Positions 7,361-17,214 of a stretch of 64,000 nt of DNA are shown here, piece after piece. Source of the stretch: a virus; IMG/VR virus record IMGVR_UViG_3300022937_000008, positions 1 through 64,000 of that record; one strand, written 5' to 3'. The translations under genes and the position numbers were made by a program. The notes under the pieces are model-generated. The model saw only the letters and a program-made list of their open reading frames with translations, ran no database searches and was not told where the DNA came from. Positions within the stretch are counted from its first letter, which is position 1. Each line of letters starts with the position of its first letter.

Positions 7361-7957
7361 CTATCTATTAGCAATATGCGAAAGTGTTAGATTAAGTGCA
7401 ATACTGTATCTATCTTGTGGTGTAGGCACCTGATCAATCCAGTGTAGTATCCAACTAGGAAATGCAATAAGTAAACCTGTTTTAGGATTAACAACCATGC
7501 GGTGCGAATTTAATATTGTATCGTGTGCAATTAAGTTAGAAGGAATTGCATATTCGATTATGCTGTTTGGATTCAACAAAACCAACGGAGCAGAATCTTC
7601 ATCTGCTTCGGGATAGAACACAAAACTAATCCAGTGATTAGCATGAAAGTGTGGTTCTGTGTTAAAAGCATTTTGTGGACCTTGACTATTTCTATTAATC
7701 CACATATCAGAAACAATAGGATCAGCATTTGTTTTTAAACCGTATGCTTCAGCAAAGTGAGGAATTTTGTTTCTAATATGATTAACTAATTCAGATAGTT
7801 CAGGTGTATTTAAATCTACACTCCCACTTTGCCATCCATTACTATGATATGACGGCCTTTGCTTTTCTAATTCTTTACAGTAGTCTACAATTTTTTTACA
7901 GTCTATGTCTACTATTTCTTCTGCTAAAAAATTAGGAAAAATAAATTGTATGTTCAT
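7361..7957 (-). CDS. 2OG-Fe(II) oxygenase (TIGR02466-like)
   Basis: MWIN, PHFHANHWISFVFY, FPSWILH, RYSIALN. Confidence 0.85.
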   Translation of the reverse strand: MNIQFIFPNFLAEEIVDIDCKKIVDYCKELEKQRPSYHSNGWQSGSVDLNTPELSELVNHIRNKIPHFAEAYGLKTNADPIVSDMWINRNSQGPQNAFNTEPHFHANHWISFVFYPEADEDSAPLVLLNPNSIIEYAIPSNLIAHDTILNSHRMVVNPKTGLLIAFPSWILHWIDQVPTPQDRYSIALNLTLSHIANR

Positions 7958-7958
7958 A

Positions 7959-8201
7959 CTACGACCACATCATTGCATATTTCTGTGCTATTCTACTATC
8001 ATAGAATTCTGCAACTAAACTTTTGTTTCCTTTTGTATCAATTTCTAAACACAACTGACCTTGTTCTCTAGGAAGTTCCCATAGCCATTGTATTTGATCT
8101 TTTCCTATAGTGCGTTGCACTTTAGGCCAATCTATATCTAAAAATTCAAAAACGTCTGAGTCTTTATCAAACTTGTAGAGTGTTACTTTAGTATTCTTCA
8201 T
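7959..8201 (-). CDS. hypothetical protein
   Basis: 80 aa in replication operon. Confidence 0.7.
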   Translation of the reverse strand: MKNTKVTLYKFDKDSDVFEFLDIDWPKVQRTIGKDQIQWLWELPREQGQLCLEIDTKGNKSLVAEFYDSRIAQKYAMMWS

Positions 8202-9615
8202 CGTTACCCATGTTATGCAAAATTTCTCTTAATTTTGTCGATTCGACTTTTCCTGCAACTTTTCCTACAGAAACTCCGTCAGTCGGATCATCACTGGGTT
8301 CACGTTGTACTTCAGTTTTTCTTTTGATAGAATCAATAATAGAACTAGATCCTCTATTAGATCCATTTGTTGATTCTTGTTCGTCTTCTGGTAAGTCTGT
8401 AATTCTTAAAGAATCTATATTAAATTCTAAATCTACTTTTTGTCCTACACCGCTCGAACTTCTTGTCTTCATTAACTGTATTTGATAACGTCCACGTTCA
8501 CGCATAGCACGACTTGTAAAAATACCAAACACATTATCTGCTGTTTGAATTTTACTTAATCCCCCTGAAATGTGTGAATGATCAAACTCGACTTCTTCAA
8601 CCGCACCTCTGTTTAACTGTGATGCAGTTACAAAAACACATTGTAATTCCATTGCAAGGTTTCTTAGTTCTTCAGAAACATATTTGTCTTTAATAAACAA
8701 ATCACTAGGAGCAATACGTCTACTAATTGGCATTAAAAGATCTAGATAGTCTACTAACAATACATCAACTCGACGTCCTGTTTTAACTTCATACTCTTTT
8801 AGATATGCTCTAATGTCGTTAGCAGTCTTACCACTTGGCATATACTTGACCTGCATAGCACCAGACTTTTTACCAATCATTCTAACTTTCATTTCTACAT
8901 CATCGATAGATTTGAAAATATCTCTAGTTGGCATTCCAGTTACCATACTATCTATACGCATACTAACCAATGCTTCTGAAAGTTCAAGTGTTAAGTAAAC
9001 TACATTCAATCCTTCTAATGCCCAGTTTACACCTAGGTTAGCAAGGAACAAAGATTTACCTGCACCTGATCCACCTGCAAAAATATTAAGTTCGCCTCTG
9101 TTCATGCCTCCAAATAGTTTTCTATCTAGCGTTGACCAGCCTGTGCTAATTTGTCCGTTGTTATCTTTTAATAATGTTAATCTGCCTCTTGGATCAGCAA
9201 AATAATCTGTACCCATATCTTTTGCTAATCCTATTTGTACTGCTTCTTTAACTAGTCTTTCAACTTGTCCATATTCGTTCTTTTCAAGTAAGTCTGCTGA
9301 ATTAATAATTGCTCTTTCTAATGCTTTATGTCTAGTAAAACTTTCAAATTCGTCCATTAACCATTCTAAGTGTCCATCTTTAAGTTCACCTGCAGGTTTT
9401 AAATCTGTTTTACAGTTTGCATTCACAGTATCAAAATCAGGAAGTACAGTATATTTTTTTGCATACTCGTTTACAAATTGAGCTGCGTCTTGCAACTTTC
9501 TGTCAAACAACGAATAGTCAAAAATACCTTGACATCTAACAAATGTCTCAGCATCACTTAGCATCATTTCTAGATACAGTTTTTGTACTTCATAATCATA
9601 ATTTTTAGACGACAT
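8188..9615 (-). CDS. gp41: DnaB/gp41-like replicative helicase
   Basis: Walker A GGSGAGKS, TLELSE, Walker B LLVDYLD, TASQLNR, MKTRS. Confidence 0.95.
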   Translation of the reverse strand: MSSKNYDYEVQKLYLEMMLSDAETFVRCQGIFDYSLFDRKLQDAAQFVNEYAKKYTVLPDFDTVNANCKTDLKPAGELKDGHLEWLMDEFESFTRHKALERAIINSADLLEKNEYGQVERLVKEAVQIGLAKDMGTDYFADPRGRLTLLKDNNGQISTGWSTLDRKLFGGMNRGELNIFAGGSGAGKSLFLANLGVNWALEGLNVVYLTLELSEALVSMRIDSMVTGMPTRDIFKSIDDVEMKVRMIGKKSGAMQVKYMPSGKTANDIRAYLKEYEVKTGRRVDVLLVDYLDLLMPISRRIAPSDLFIKDKYVSEELRNLAMELQCVFVTASQLNRGAVEEVEFDHSHISGGLSKIQTADNVFGIFTSRAMRERGRYQIQLMKTRSSSGVGQKVDLEFNIDSLRITDLPEDEQESTNGSNRGSSSIIDSIKRKTEVQREPSDDPTDGVSVGKVAGKVESTKLREILHNMGNDEEY

Positions 9616-9636
9616 TAATTCTTTCCTTTAATACTA

Positions 9637-11127
9637 TTAGTATACACTCACACCATACTTCCGAGCAAACTTTTCTGCATCCTTTTTGTCATTTACCATA
9701 GGTTTTCCTTTAATGTTCAAACTAGTGTTTAATAACATAGGACACCCTGTCTTTACATACCATCTTTCCAAAAGTTCTCTTAAACCTGAATTATCACTTT
9801 TACTTACTGTTTGTACACGAGAAGTCTTGTCAACGTGACTAATAGCAGGATATTCTTCGTGTCTTCTACAAATAGATGTATATTGCATATATGGTCCAAC
9901 TGGTCCATAGAAAAACTCTTCTGCGTGTTCAGCAAGTATTACAGGAGCAAAAGGTCTATATCGTTGTCTCTTTTTAATCTTATTAACCTTGTCTTTCATA
10001 TCCTTTCCTCTAGGATCTGCAAGTAAACTTCTGTTTCCTAATGCTCTAGGTCCAAATTCTGCTTTGCCATTTGCTACACCTACTATCTTATTTGTTTTTA
10101 ATTCTTTAAATAATTTGTCTACTGGATATTCTTGCTCTATGTCATATCCAAGATACGGCGTGTTCCAATCTATATGTGTTCTTTGTTTAGCAAGAACAGC
10201 ACCAATGCTTGACCCTGCATCTCCTGGATTAGGCATAATCCAAACTTTTTCGTAATGATTAAATGCACGACTATTTGCTTTGCAATTAAGAGCACACCCA
10301 CCCATTACAACTAAATTCTTACTCTTATATTTTTTATTACAATAATCAAGTATACCAGAAAACAATTCTTCGTATATTGTTTGAGTTGCGGCAGCGATAT
10401 GTATTTTGTCAGTCCATTTATTATGAGATTCTCTCCACCATTTACAACCTCTATGTAAATTGTGTTTGAATTTTATTTCAGGAAAAATCCAGTGACTATG
10501 AGGACCTAATTCAAAAAATTCTTCTCTCATTGAATCATAAAACTTTCTATAATCTCCATACGCTGACATACCCATTAAAATATATTCATCTTCGTTAGGA
10601 GTTAGTCCTATACGTTGTGTCATTGCACTATACCAAAGTCCTATGCTGTTAGGATACCCTTGAGAATATACTTTTGTAATTTCGTTTCCTTTACCTTCCC
10701 AAACAGTAAATGTTTCAAACTCTCCTATACTGTCGATACAAACTATAGTTGCATCTGAAAATCCGCTTGTGTAGTATCCTGCGGCTGCATGACTTTCATG
10801 ATGGCTACTGTAACTAATGGGTGCATTAATGCCATATTGCTTTAAGTAGGTTTTAATATTATTAATATTCCAATTCCAACCTTGTCCAGCATATAATTGT
10901 CTTAGTGTTTTCTTAAAAGGTTTTTCATACCAAACTACTTCGTCAGGTTCTCCCCATTGCCTTGCATAATCTAACAAAGATTTATTTAGGTGAGGATCAT
11001 TTTTCAATCCGCTGAATCTCTCAGAATGACTTGCAAACAGTAATTCTAGTTTTGAAAAAATACTGTCCTTTTGAAACACTGCCAAAGAAGCATCGTGGCT
11101 GTTGGCACTAATTCCCCAAATTATCAT
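9637..11127 (-). CDS. NodU/CmcH-family carbamoyltransferase
   Basis: HDAS, SHHESHAA, DSIGE, GGCALN, PGDAG, EFGPRALGNRS, RPFAP, LLNTSLN. Confidence 0.95.
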   Translation of the reverse strand: MIIWGISANSHDASLAVFQKDSIFSKLELLFASHSERFSGLKNDPHLNKSLLDYARQWGEPDEVVWYEKPFKKTLRQLYAGQGWNWNINNIKTYLKQYGINAPISYSSHHESHAAAGYYTSGFSDATIVCIDSIGEFETFTVWEGKGNEITKVYSQGYPNSIGLWYSAMTQRIGLTPNEDEYILMGMSAYGDYRKFYDSMREEFFELGPHSHWIFPEIKFKHNLHRGCKWWRESHNKWTDKIHIAAATQTIYEELFSGILDYCNKKYKSKNLVVMGGCALNCKANSRAFNHYEKVWIMPNPGDAGSSIGAVLAKQRTHIDWNTPYLGYDIEQEYPVDKLFKELKTNKIVGVANGKAEFGPRALGNRSLLADPRGKDMKDKVNKIKKRQRYRPFAPVILAEHAEEFFYGPVGPYMQYTSICRRHEEYPAISHVDKTSRVQTVSKSDNSGLRELLERWYVKTGCPMLLNTSLNIKGKPMVNDKKDAEKFARKYGVSVY

Positions 11128-11130
11128 ATA

Positions 11131-11367
11131 CTAAACTCTATTATAATTTTTCCATGTTGTATGCAATAAGTAAAACCAAACGCCGTTTATTATAGGTTCT
11201 ACAACTGCATCTATTGCGGCAAGATCCAAGTCAGCACCAGTTATTAATCTATTGCATAACATTGCAATTACAATATGACCTAGTGTATATATAACCGCTA
11301 AGGTTAGACTCGAACCACCTATAATTCTTTTTAATAAATTATAGATGCCGATTTTAAATTCACTCAT
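11131..11367 (-). CDS. small membrane protein (DUF2061-like)
   Basis: YTLGHI..A...VEPIINGVWFY. Confidence 0.6.
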   Translation of the reverse strand: MSEFKIGIYNLLKRIIGGSSLTLAVIYTLGHIVIAMLCNRLITGADLDLAAIDAVVEPIINGVWFYLLHTTWKNYNRV

Positions 11368-11375
11368 TATTCTTC

Positions 11376-11477
11376 CTACTTGTATATGAACGGATCTTGT
11401 TTTCTCATTTTCTTAAGCCTTCTTTTAGTTAAGAAAGCATAGTACTTTCTTTTAATCCATCCTATTAAACTACTCAT
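11376..11477 (-). CDS. small basic peptide ending DPFIYK
   Basis: MSSLIGWIKRKYY...KQDPFIYK; start overlaps primase end. Confidence 0.6.
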   Translation of the reverse strand: MSSLIGWIKRKYYAFLTKRRLKKMRKQDPFIYK

Positions 11478-12486
11478 TCTCAAGTACCTTCTTTTCAAAA
11501 TTCTTTTTAGCAACGCTGAGCTTAATGCTACCCGACATTGCTGTTTTAATTGCATCAACTGTTACAAAGAGCCTGCCGTATCTTTGAACAGCATCTGACA
11601 CGTCTTTTATATCGCTTTCCCAATTAGGAAATGCAACACTCCAACCAAACTCTTCTGCTTTTTTAATCAAGTTAACGCCTGCTATATCTTGATCAGGAAT
11701 AACAATAACTTCATGTCCCAACGATTGTATAATTCTATACTGTTGTTCTGCTATATTGTTGGTCAAAAGTGCAACACCGTTGATTGCTAGTGCATCGAAC
11801 GGTCCTTCTGTTACAAATATATATCTCTGATTTTCTTCCTGTTGATCAACGTTGAACACAAAATGTGAGTGATGATCTGATATATATTTTGGTCTTCCTT
11901 CTGTTACTTTTCTTGCAGTATTACCTACAATTCTACCTTTGTAATAAAAAGGAATAATAACTCTTTCAGCATAACCGTCACTAGGAGACCAAAAGAAGTT
12001 TTTAGATAATGGATCGTAGCCTCTAGTATAAATGTATTCTACTACTTGTGCTAACTTTTGTTCTAATGGCTTATTATCGTTAAAATCAACATCTAACCAT
12101 TCTGATATAGGTAAACTATGTTCCGGAAGTTTTTTATCTGTAAAAGATATTCTAACACTAGATTCTCTTGGTTTGTATTCTGGCGATTCAGTTTTTAATG
12201 CTTCAAAAATCATAGCATTAATTTCGTCTTCACTTCCACCTAACCATTTACATAAAGATTTAAATTTTTCGGAAAGTGGTCTACCAGGTTGCCAACTAGC
12301 TGTAAATTTACAGTTGAAGCAGTTATATATTACACCTGTATCAAAACGAATACCTGCACGTTTTCTTTTATCTTGATTATGACCTCGATGATGACAGCAA
12401 GGAGCATTAAATGAAGTCCAACCGCTAGGACTTGTTTTTGCTCGTGGCGGCAGTAGATTACGAAATTTATCTAGAACTAAAGTCAT
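11470..12486 (-). CDS. gp61: DNA primase (gp61-like)
   Basis: N-terminal Zn ribbon (PCC..YNCFNC); TOPRIM TEGPFDA and PDQD; KDVSD. Confidence 0.92.
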   Translation of the reverse strand: MTLVLDKFRNLLPPRAKTSPSGWTSFNAPCCHHRGHNQDKRKRAGIRFDTGVIYNCFNCKFTASWQPGRPLSEKFKSLCKWLGGSEDEINAMIFEALKTESPEYKPRESSVRISFTDKKLPEHSLPISEWLDVDFNDNKPLEQKLAQVVEYIYTRGYDPLSKNFFWSPSDGYAERVIIPFYYKGRIVGNTARKVTEGRPKYISDHHSHFVFNVDQQEENQRYIFVTEGPFDALAINGVALLTNNIAEQQYRIIQSLGHEVIVIPDQDIAGVNLIKKAEEFGWSVAFPNWESDIKDVSDAVQRYGRLFVTVDAIKTAMSGSIKLSVAKKNFEKKVLENE

Positions 12487-12492
12487 ACTAGC

Positions 12493-12521
12493 ATTATACT
12501 ATCTGTATAATACTTTGTCAA
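12493..12521 (-). promoter_or_regulatory. sigma70 promoter for primase/helicase operon (leaderless)
   Basis: TTGACA-N17-TATAAT, ATG only 6 nt downstream. Confidence 0.85.
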
Positions 12522-13395
12522 CTGTTCCTGTGTTATCTGTATCCGGAGTATGCTTGAATCTAAACCAATTAAATTTACCAATTTGATTGTAAAAGAAATC
12601 GGAATCAGAAGTTGAAAGTGTCCAAGATTGTAAGTCAGTCCAATTTTCTTCAATTGGAGCAGCGCCTTTATCTAAACTTCCTTGCAACACCAACTCTCCT
12701 GCATAACTGTTTAAATAGATTTGGAATGTATGTAAACTGTTTGGTGTTGTTAAATTTGGTCTACCATCAAACAATGAGCTTACATAAAACTCTTCATATC
12801 CTGTAGTAGGTGTGTGTCTTGCATAGTTTGGTCGAGGTGTATCAAATGGTGGTTCTGTGTTTGTATCAGTTCCACTATTAAAATTAATTACTTTGTTAAA
12901 ACTTGTTACTTCAACAGTATCGTATGCTTCGCCTTGTACATCGCCAAACACTTCAATAGTTCCTAAACTATCATATTGGCTATCTAAGTATGTGGTTGAT
13001 GATGCTGTTACAGTATATCCACCTGCTGCATCATTAGTTCTAGTTTCTTTGGTAATAGAGTAATCATATAACCCAGGCTCGAGATCAATAAGCTCTGATG
13101 CGGTAATTGTTACAAATGCTCTTCCAACTGTAGCGTCATCATAACTACAATCTTTCTGTAAAACAAGGTCTTTGTTTTCTCTAACTATTAAACGAAAAAC
13201 TAAAACAGTTCCTGTTGTATTAATGGGTTTTTGATCTCCGTTTCTTACCTGGAAATCTATTCTATTATCTACACCCCTGTAGATTTTAACATTACGAGCA
13301 TATACCATTCTTGATCTCTCCTCGGTCCAAGATGATACCACATTTGGGTACACCGTGACCATATTTGGATATAAATATATTGAGTTAATTTGCAT
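12499..13395 (-). CDS. hypothetical beta-rich protein, possibly structural
   Basis: GATAAATA promoter upstream favours the MQINSIY start; Ig-like/BppU-like character. Confidence 0.7.
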   Translation of the reverse strand: MQINSIYLYPNMVTVYPNVVSSWTEERSRMVYARNVKIYRGVDNRIDFQVRNGDQKPINTTGTVLVFRLIVRENKDLVLQKDCSYDDATVGRAFVTITASELIDLEPGLYDYSITKETRTNDAAGGYTVTASSTTYLDSQYDSLGTIEVFGDVQGEAYDTVEVTSFNKVINFNSGTDTNTEPPFDTPRPNYARHTPTTGYEEFYVSSLFDGRPNLTTPNSLHTFQIYLNSYAGELVLQGSLDKGAAPIEENWTDLQSWTLSTSDSDFFYNQIGKFNWFRFKHTPDTDNTGTVDKVLYR

Positions 13396-13425
13396 GACTA
13401 CAATTACCTTTATAATATTTATCAT

Positions 13426-13800
13426 ATGAGAATAACAGAGAATCTACAGCAGAACTTTCCATTTATAAGCATAATAGTGCATGGAGATAAAGAGTACGTG
13501 GGCATCATTATAAACCAAGATGCAAACGTTACCAGTTTCTATGATTATGAGCTTATACCTTCAGAAAAGGAAAGAAAACGCTTCTTAGATCTAGGCGATG
13601 TATGGTGGTGGGAAAGCAATAGACAAATACCTATTAATATTTTCCTAAAACCTGAGATTAATGACTTTAGATACGCTATACGTAACTATACCACAAAAGA
13701 CGTTAAAGTAACAATGGGTCCTGTGACCAGTCTTAACAATATCATTATGAAAAGAATCAAGCGTAAATCAATTACGCTTGTTAGAAAGCCGTCTAGTTAG
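13426..13800 (+). CDS. hypothetical protein
   Basis: FPF..EYVGII..WWWESNRQIPI; TATAAATA at 13370. Confidence 0.8.
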   Translation: MRITENLQQNFPFISIIVHGDKEYVGIIINQDANVTSFYDYELIPSEKERKRFLDLGDVWWWESNRQIPINIFLKPEINDFRYAIRNYTTKDVKVTMGPVTSLNNIIMKRIKRKSITLVRKPSS

Positions 13801-14336
13801 TAGACAAACCAGCCTGTCGCGATATATTTTTCGTGTGTAGGGCTTATCACACCCCTGTGTACCCAAGCAAAGTCCGCTGGCCAAATAACACTTAATCCTT
13901 TCTTTGCTTCAAGTGTAACTTCTTGATATTTCCATTCAGTGCCACCGTGCGGAACATCGTTAAGATATGTCATATAAACTAATTGTCTATTATCGTTTCC
14001 TCGATCACGTTCCCAATGCCAAACTTTAAATCCGCCGCCTGGTGGATAGTATTGGATCATGTTTACTTCATAAGTATTCAAAGGAAGATGACTAATCTGA
14101 TACCGTTCACAGTAGTCGTTGTAGCCTTTCTGCAAACAATCAAAATAATTTCGAATACGTGGATCTCTACTGCTGTTGAAAAAGTTAACATCAACTGACT
14201 GTTTAACGTTGTGGTCTACAGATCCACCATAACCTGCTGCGCCTTCAAACTTATATTCTTTTTCTTCTTTGTGATATTCGATAAGTGCGTCACACACATT
14301 ATCAGGCACAGTAAATGTATGAATAAAAGTTTCCAT
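13797..14336 (-). CDS. 2OG-Fe(II) oxygenase (prolyl-hydroxylase-like)
   Basis: WHWE, YLND..GGTE, WPA...HRG, KYIATGW. Confidence 0.9.
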   Translation of the reverse strand: METFIHTFTVPDNVCDALIEYHKEEKEYKFEGAAGYGGSVDHNVKQSVDVNFFNSSRDPRIRNYFDCLQKGYNDYCERYQISHLPLNTYEVNMIQYYPPGGGFKVWHWERDRGNDNRQLVYMTYLNDVPHGGTEWKYQEVTLEAKKGLSVIWPADFAWVHRGVISPTHEKYIATGWFVY

Positions 14337-14337
14337 G

Positions 14338-14565
14338 TTATCTCATTAACCTATACTGTCTATATACAACATAATCTATCAACAGAAAATTAAGAAGTAA
14401 TCCTAATGCTGTAAGTTTAAATCCTAAAACCGCAGGAATTAATAAAAGAAAAATTCCTAACTTAATTATATAATCAAGAATCAAAAAATTAGGAACAGTC
14501 CAGAAAGGAAAACCATAAACTAATGGAGGTCTGGGTTGTCTATAATCGTTAAACTCATGCACCAT
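14338..14565 (-). CDS. small membrane protein
   Basis: Two hydrophobic segments. Confidence 0.6.
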   Translation of the reverse strand: MVHEFNDYRQPRPPLVYGFPFWTVPNFLILDYIIKLGIFLLLIPAVLGFKLTALGLLLNFLLIDYVVYRQYRLMR

Positions 14566-15133
14566 TGCTTAGTTCCTCACATATCAAATTCATATGAACA
14601 ACAACACCAATAGCATATGCAGTTGCGTGTGATTTTTTAAAATAATATGATCCGTCTTCAGGTTTCGTCCACACTTGTGTCATCACCGTGTCCCATGACT
14701 GACCAATCAAATGTCTCTTCGCGGGTCTTATCATTGCTAGTACGGCTGCTAGTTGTTCTATGCTCTGAGGCTTCATCGTTTCTAGGACGGTAGAGTGACC
14801 TGCGACGTGAAATAATTTGTCGCTGAAGTCGCTGTGCGTGAGTAATTCCCATAGTGGCTCCTTTGTCATGAGTTGTTGTAGATGTTTTTCGTCTCTTACC
14901 CCTTGATACAGGGATACATTTAAGAAATCTATTTTAAAATACTTTTCAATATCTTCTGCTTCTTCGTAAGGTACCGCACATAAGTTTTCCTCAGCATTAA
15001 GAGGTACTTCGTGCATATACACACCTGTATTATGTTTAACAAGTTTATCGTCATCTATACGACTTGCTGTCACGTGCTTAAACAAATTTAATGCACGTTC
15101 TCTATCTGCAAAGTCTATATCTATATCAGGCAT
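14555..15133 (-). CDS. dnaE: miniature DNA polymerase III alpha (family C) catalytic core
   Basis: PDIDIDF, KHNTGV, FKIDFL, LAMIRP, YYFKKSHATAYA: DnaE palm and finger motifs in order within 192 aa. Confidence 0.85.
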   Translation of the reverse strand: MPDIDIDFADRERALNLFKHVTASRIDDDKLVKHNTGVYMHEVPLNAEENLCAVPYEEAEDIEKYFKIDFLNVSLYQGVRDEKHLQQLMTKEPLWELLTHSDFSDKLFHVAGHSTVLETMKPQSIEQLAAVLAMIRPAKRHLIGQSWDTVMTQVWTKPEDGSYYFKKSHATAYAIGVVVHMNLICEELSNGA

Positions 15134-15308
15134 TGACTACTAGTTTCCATTGTTTATAAAGTTCAAACGTTCCTGTTGAAACATATTCTTGACCTGTTTC
15201 CATATCTACTATTTTCCATTTCTCTGGACATTTAGTAATAATACTTAAATTTACAGGTTTGTCAAGTTCTTTTACAACCTTACCGTCTTTTAAAGTTCTC
15301 GTTTTCAT
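15126..15308 (-). CDS. hypothetical protein
   Basis: TKCPEKWKIVDMETG motif, 60 aa. Confidence 0.7.
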   Translation of the reverse strand: MKTRTLKDGKVVKELDKPVNLSIITKCPEKWKIVDMETGQEYVSTGTFELYKQWKLVVNA

Positions 15309-15309
15309 G

Positions 15310-15996
15310 TTAGTCTATCTTCGCTTCTTTAATTACTTCTTTTACAAGCTCAACATCTGCTGGATGAGTCTTGAAATGTTTAATCCAAAATGTAGGATTA
15401 ATAATCGGACTAACAATTTCTAATTGCTCATCATTCATATTTTTGAGCATATCTTTACCTGTAATACTGTTTAGTAAAACCCAAGGTGATATATGCCCTT
15501 CTTTTATATCGTGTGTTGCTCTATTTAAATTTACATATCTAAAATAGTGATTAAATTCTGCTTCTTTATCTTGAGCCCAATCCATCATTGTTTTTACTGT
15601 TCGTTGTATTGCACCATCAGCAGGTTCTATTTTGATCAATTCTTGCAGATATGTATCGTACAATTCATCTCTACACCAGTGATCTAATTTAACTCCGCTC
15701 TTAATAACAAAGTCAATAAATTTTTCTGGATATAACGGATTAGCATTTGACATGAAACTACCAAATTTAACAAATGCATTGTAGTAAGGGCTTGCCGCAA
15801 AGTCGTCAAATGTTTTTTTAGATTTATTTCCTTTTTGTTGGATATCATAAAAACGTTGATAGGTCATGAGAGCAAGTTGAACGTGCTTCTCAGTCTTTGA
15901 CATATGTCTACGCTTTTGCTCGCATACGTGAACAATCAAAGTCTTTTCTTTAGCAAAAGACTTGTTGCAGTATTCACATTTATAATTTAATTCCAT
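15310..15996 (-). CDS. N-terminal C2H2/C2HC zinc-finger protein
   Basis: YKCEYCNKSF....L..H.C. Confidence 0.75.
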   Translation of the reverse strand: MELNYKCEYCNKSFAKEKTLIVHVCEQKRRHMSKTEKHVQLALMTYQRFYDIQQKGNKSKKTFDDFAASPYYNAFVKFGSFMSNANPLYPEKFIDFVIKSGVKLDHWCRDELYDTYLQELIKIEPADGAIQRTVKTMMDWAQDKEAEFNHYFRYVNLNRATHDIKEGHISPWVLLNSITGKDMLKNMNDEQLEIVSPIINPTFWIKHFKTHPADVELVKEVIKEAKID

Positions 15997-16444
15997 CGAT
16001 CTGCTTTTTATCCCAACCTAGGTTTTTGCAATATTCTTTGACTTCTTTGTCTGTAGTAATATTTGCTAGTGTTTCAAGATCTGCTTTTTTCATATCAGGA
16101 AACAACTCGCCTAAAAATTCTTCTTTTTTGTTTTTGCTTTTATTAAGTTTTAACCACTCATGAAAATAAATCTTTTTAGATTCATGTCCGCAACTACAAG
16201 CAAGTTGCCATAGTAGTTTTGGGTGTTTGTTTAGTAACAAAAACAAATTCTTATTAAAACGTTCATTTCCATTTAGTAGGAAATGTTCTTTATCTTCTCT
16301 AGTTCCGCCTTTGATATTACTAATATATCTATTCAGTGTAAAGAAAACAACACTCTTCCTTTGCTCTTCGGTCAGTTCGTCCCATACCTGTTTTGCATTA
16401 AGATCGACTGCTCCTAGAATATCTTTAAGTGCCAATTTACTCAT
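15980..16444 (-). CDS. clamp-loader small subunit (gp62-like)
   Basis: LNRYIS...HPKLLW...FHEWLK pattern, size and context. Confidence 0.55.
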   Translation of the reverse strand: MSKLALKDILGAVDLNAKQVWDELTEEQRKSVVFFTLNRYISNIKGGTREDKEHFLLNGNERFNKNLFLLLNKHPKLLWQLACSCGHESKKIYFHEWLKLNKSKNKKEEFLGELFPDMKKADLETLANITTDKEVKEYCKNLGWDKKQIDGIKL

Positions 16445-16667
16445 TATCAGTTCCTTTACTCAGATGATATATTAGTTTAAGGCCTTTTAGTGATTTTTGC
16501 AAGCCTTTATTTCCCCGATTGGCTAAATGTTGTATTTCGGAAAAGTCATGATCGTCAATCCACCAATCTGGATATTCTTTCTTTAAAACAATAGTACGCT
16601 CACCAGTTTCCGTGTCTCTTTCAAAAACTGTTTCTCCTCCATCTGGTGACTCGTAAATCTTAACCAT
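16437..16667 (-). CDS. hypothetical protein
   Basis: IYESPDGGETVFER motif. Confidence 0.7.
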   Translation of the reverse strand: MVKIYESPDGGETVFERDTETGERTIVLKKEYPDWWIDDHDFSEIQHLANRGNKGLQKSLKGLKLIYHLSKGTDNE

Positions 16668-17214
16668 TCCTCTCCGCTAGTATTATAAGCTCTTTAACTG
16701 GCATTTCTTTTTTCAATTGTTTTGACCATTTTGTAAAATCCTTATAGTGATCAAATGTAATTTTAAATCCTGCTTTAGTGAATCTCTGTTTCCACCAATC
16801 TGGACTTTCTTGTATTAAATGAGCATTACGGCCGTCTGCCAATACTAGTTTTGCAGGCGCACAAGAAATTAAATGATACGTGTATCTACAGTGTTCGTAT
16901 ATTTCTTTTAGTGTTTCGTCAATGCAAGAAGGTTCAACGTGTTCTAGTACATCTGTAGAAAAGATTAGATCAACGTTTGGTAATGCAGTATTGAATTCGG
17001 GTACACATGGATCGTAACCGTGATATTTAATTTTTGGAAATACCTGTTGGAAAGTTTCTCGTAGACGTCCTTTTCCACAACCAAAATCTAAAACTGAAGT
17101 TGCTGATTTCTCTGCAATGTATTTGACCAGTTGCTTAGGTATCTTATTACGCTTACCGTAGTCGTCTACAGAATGAGCCAGGCTCATTATTTTTCTGTAG
17201 TTTTCGGTAATCAT
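16660..17214 (-). CDS. class I SAM-dependent methyltransferase
   Basis: VLDFGCGKG, YDP, STDVLEHV. Confidence 0.9.
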   Translation of the reverse strand: MITENYRKIMSLAHSVDDYGKRNKIPKQLVKYIAEKSATSVLDFGCGKGRLRETFQQVFPKIKYHGYDPCVPEFNTALPNVDLIFSTDVLEHVEPSCIDETLKEIYEHCRYTYHLISCAPAKLVLADGRNAHLIQESPDWWKQRFTKAGFKITFDHYKDFTKWSKQLKKEMPVKELIILAERNG

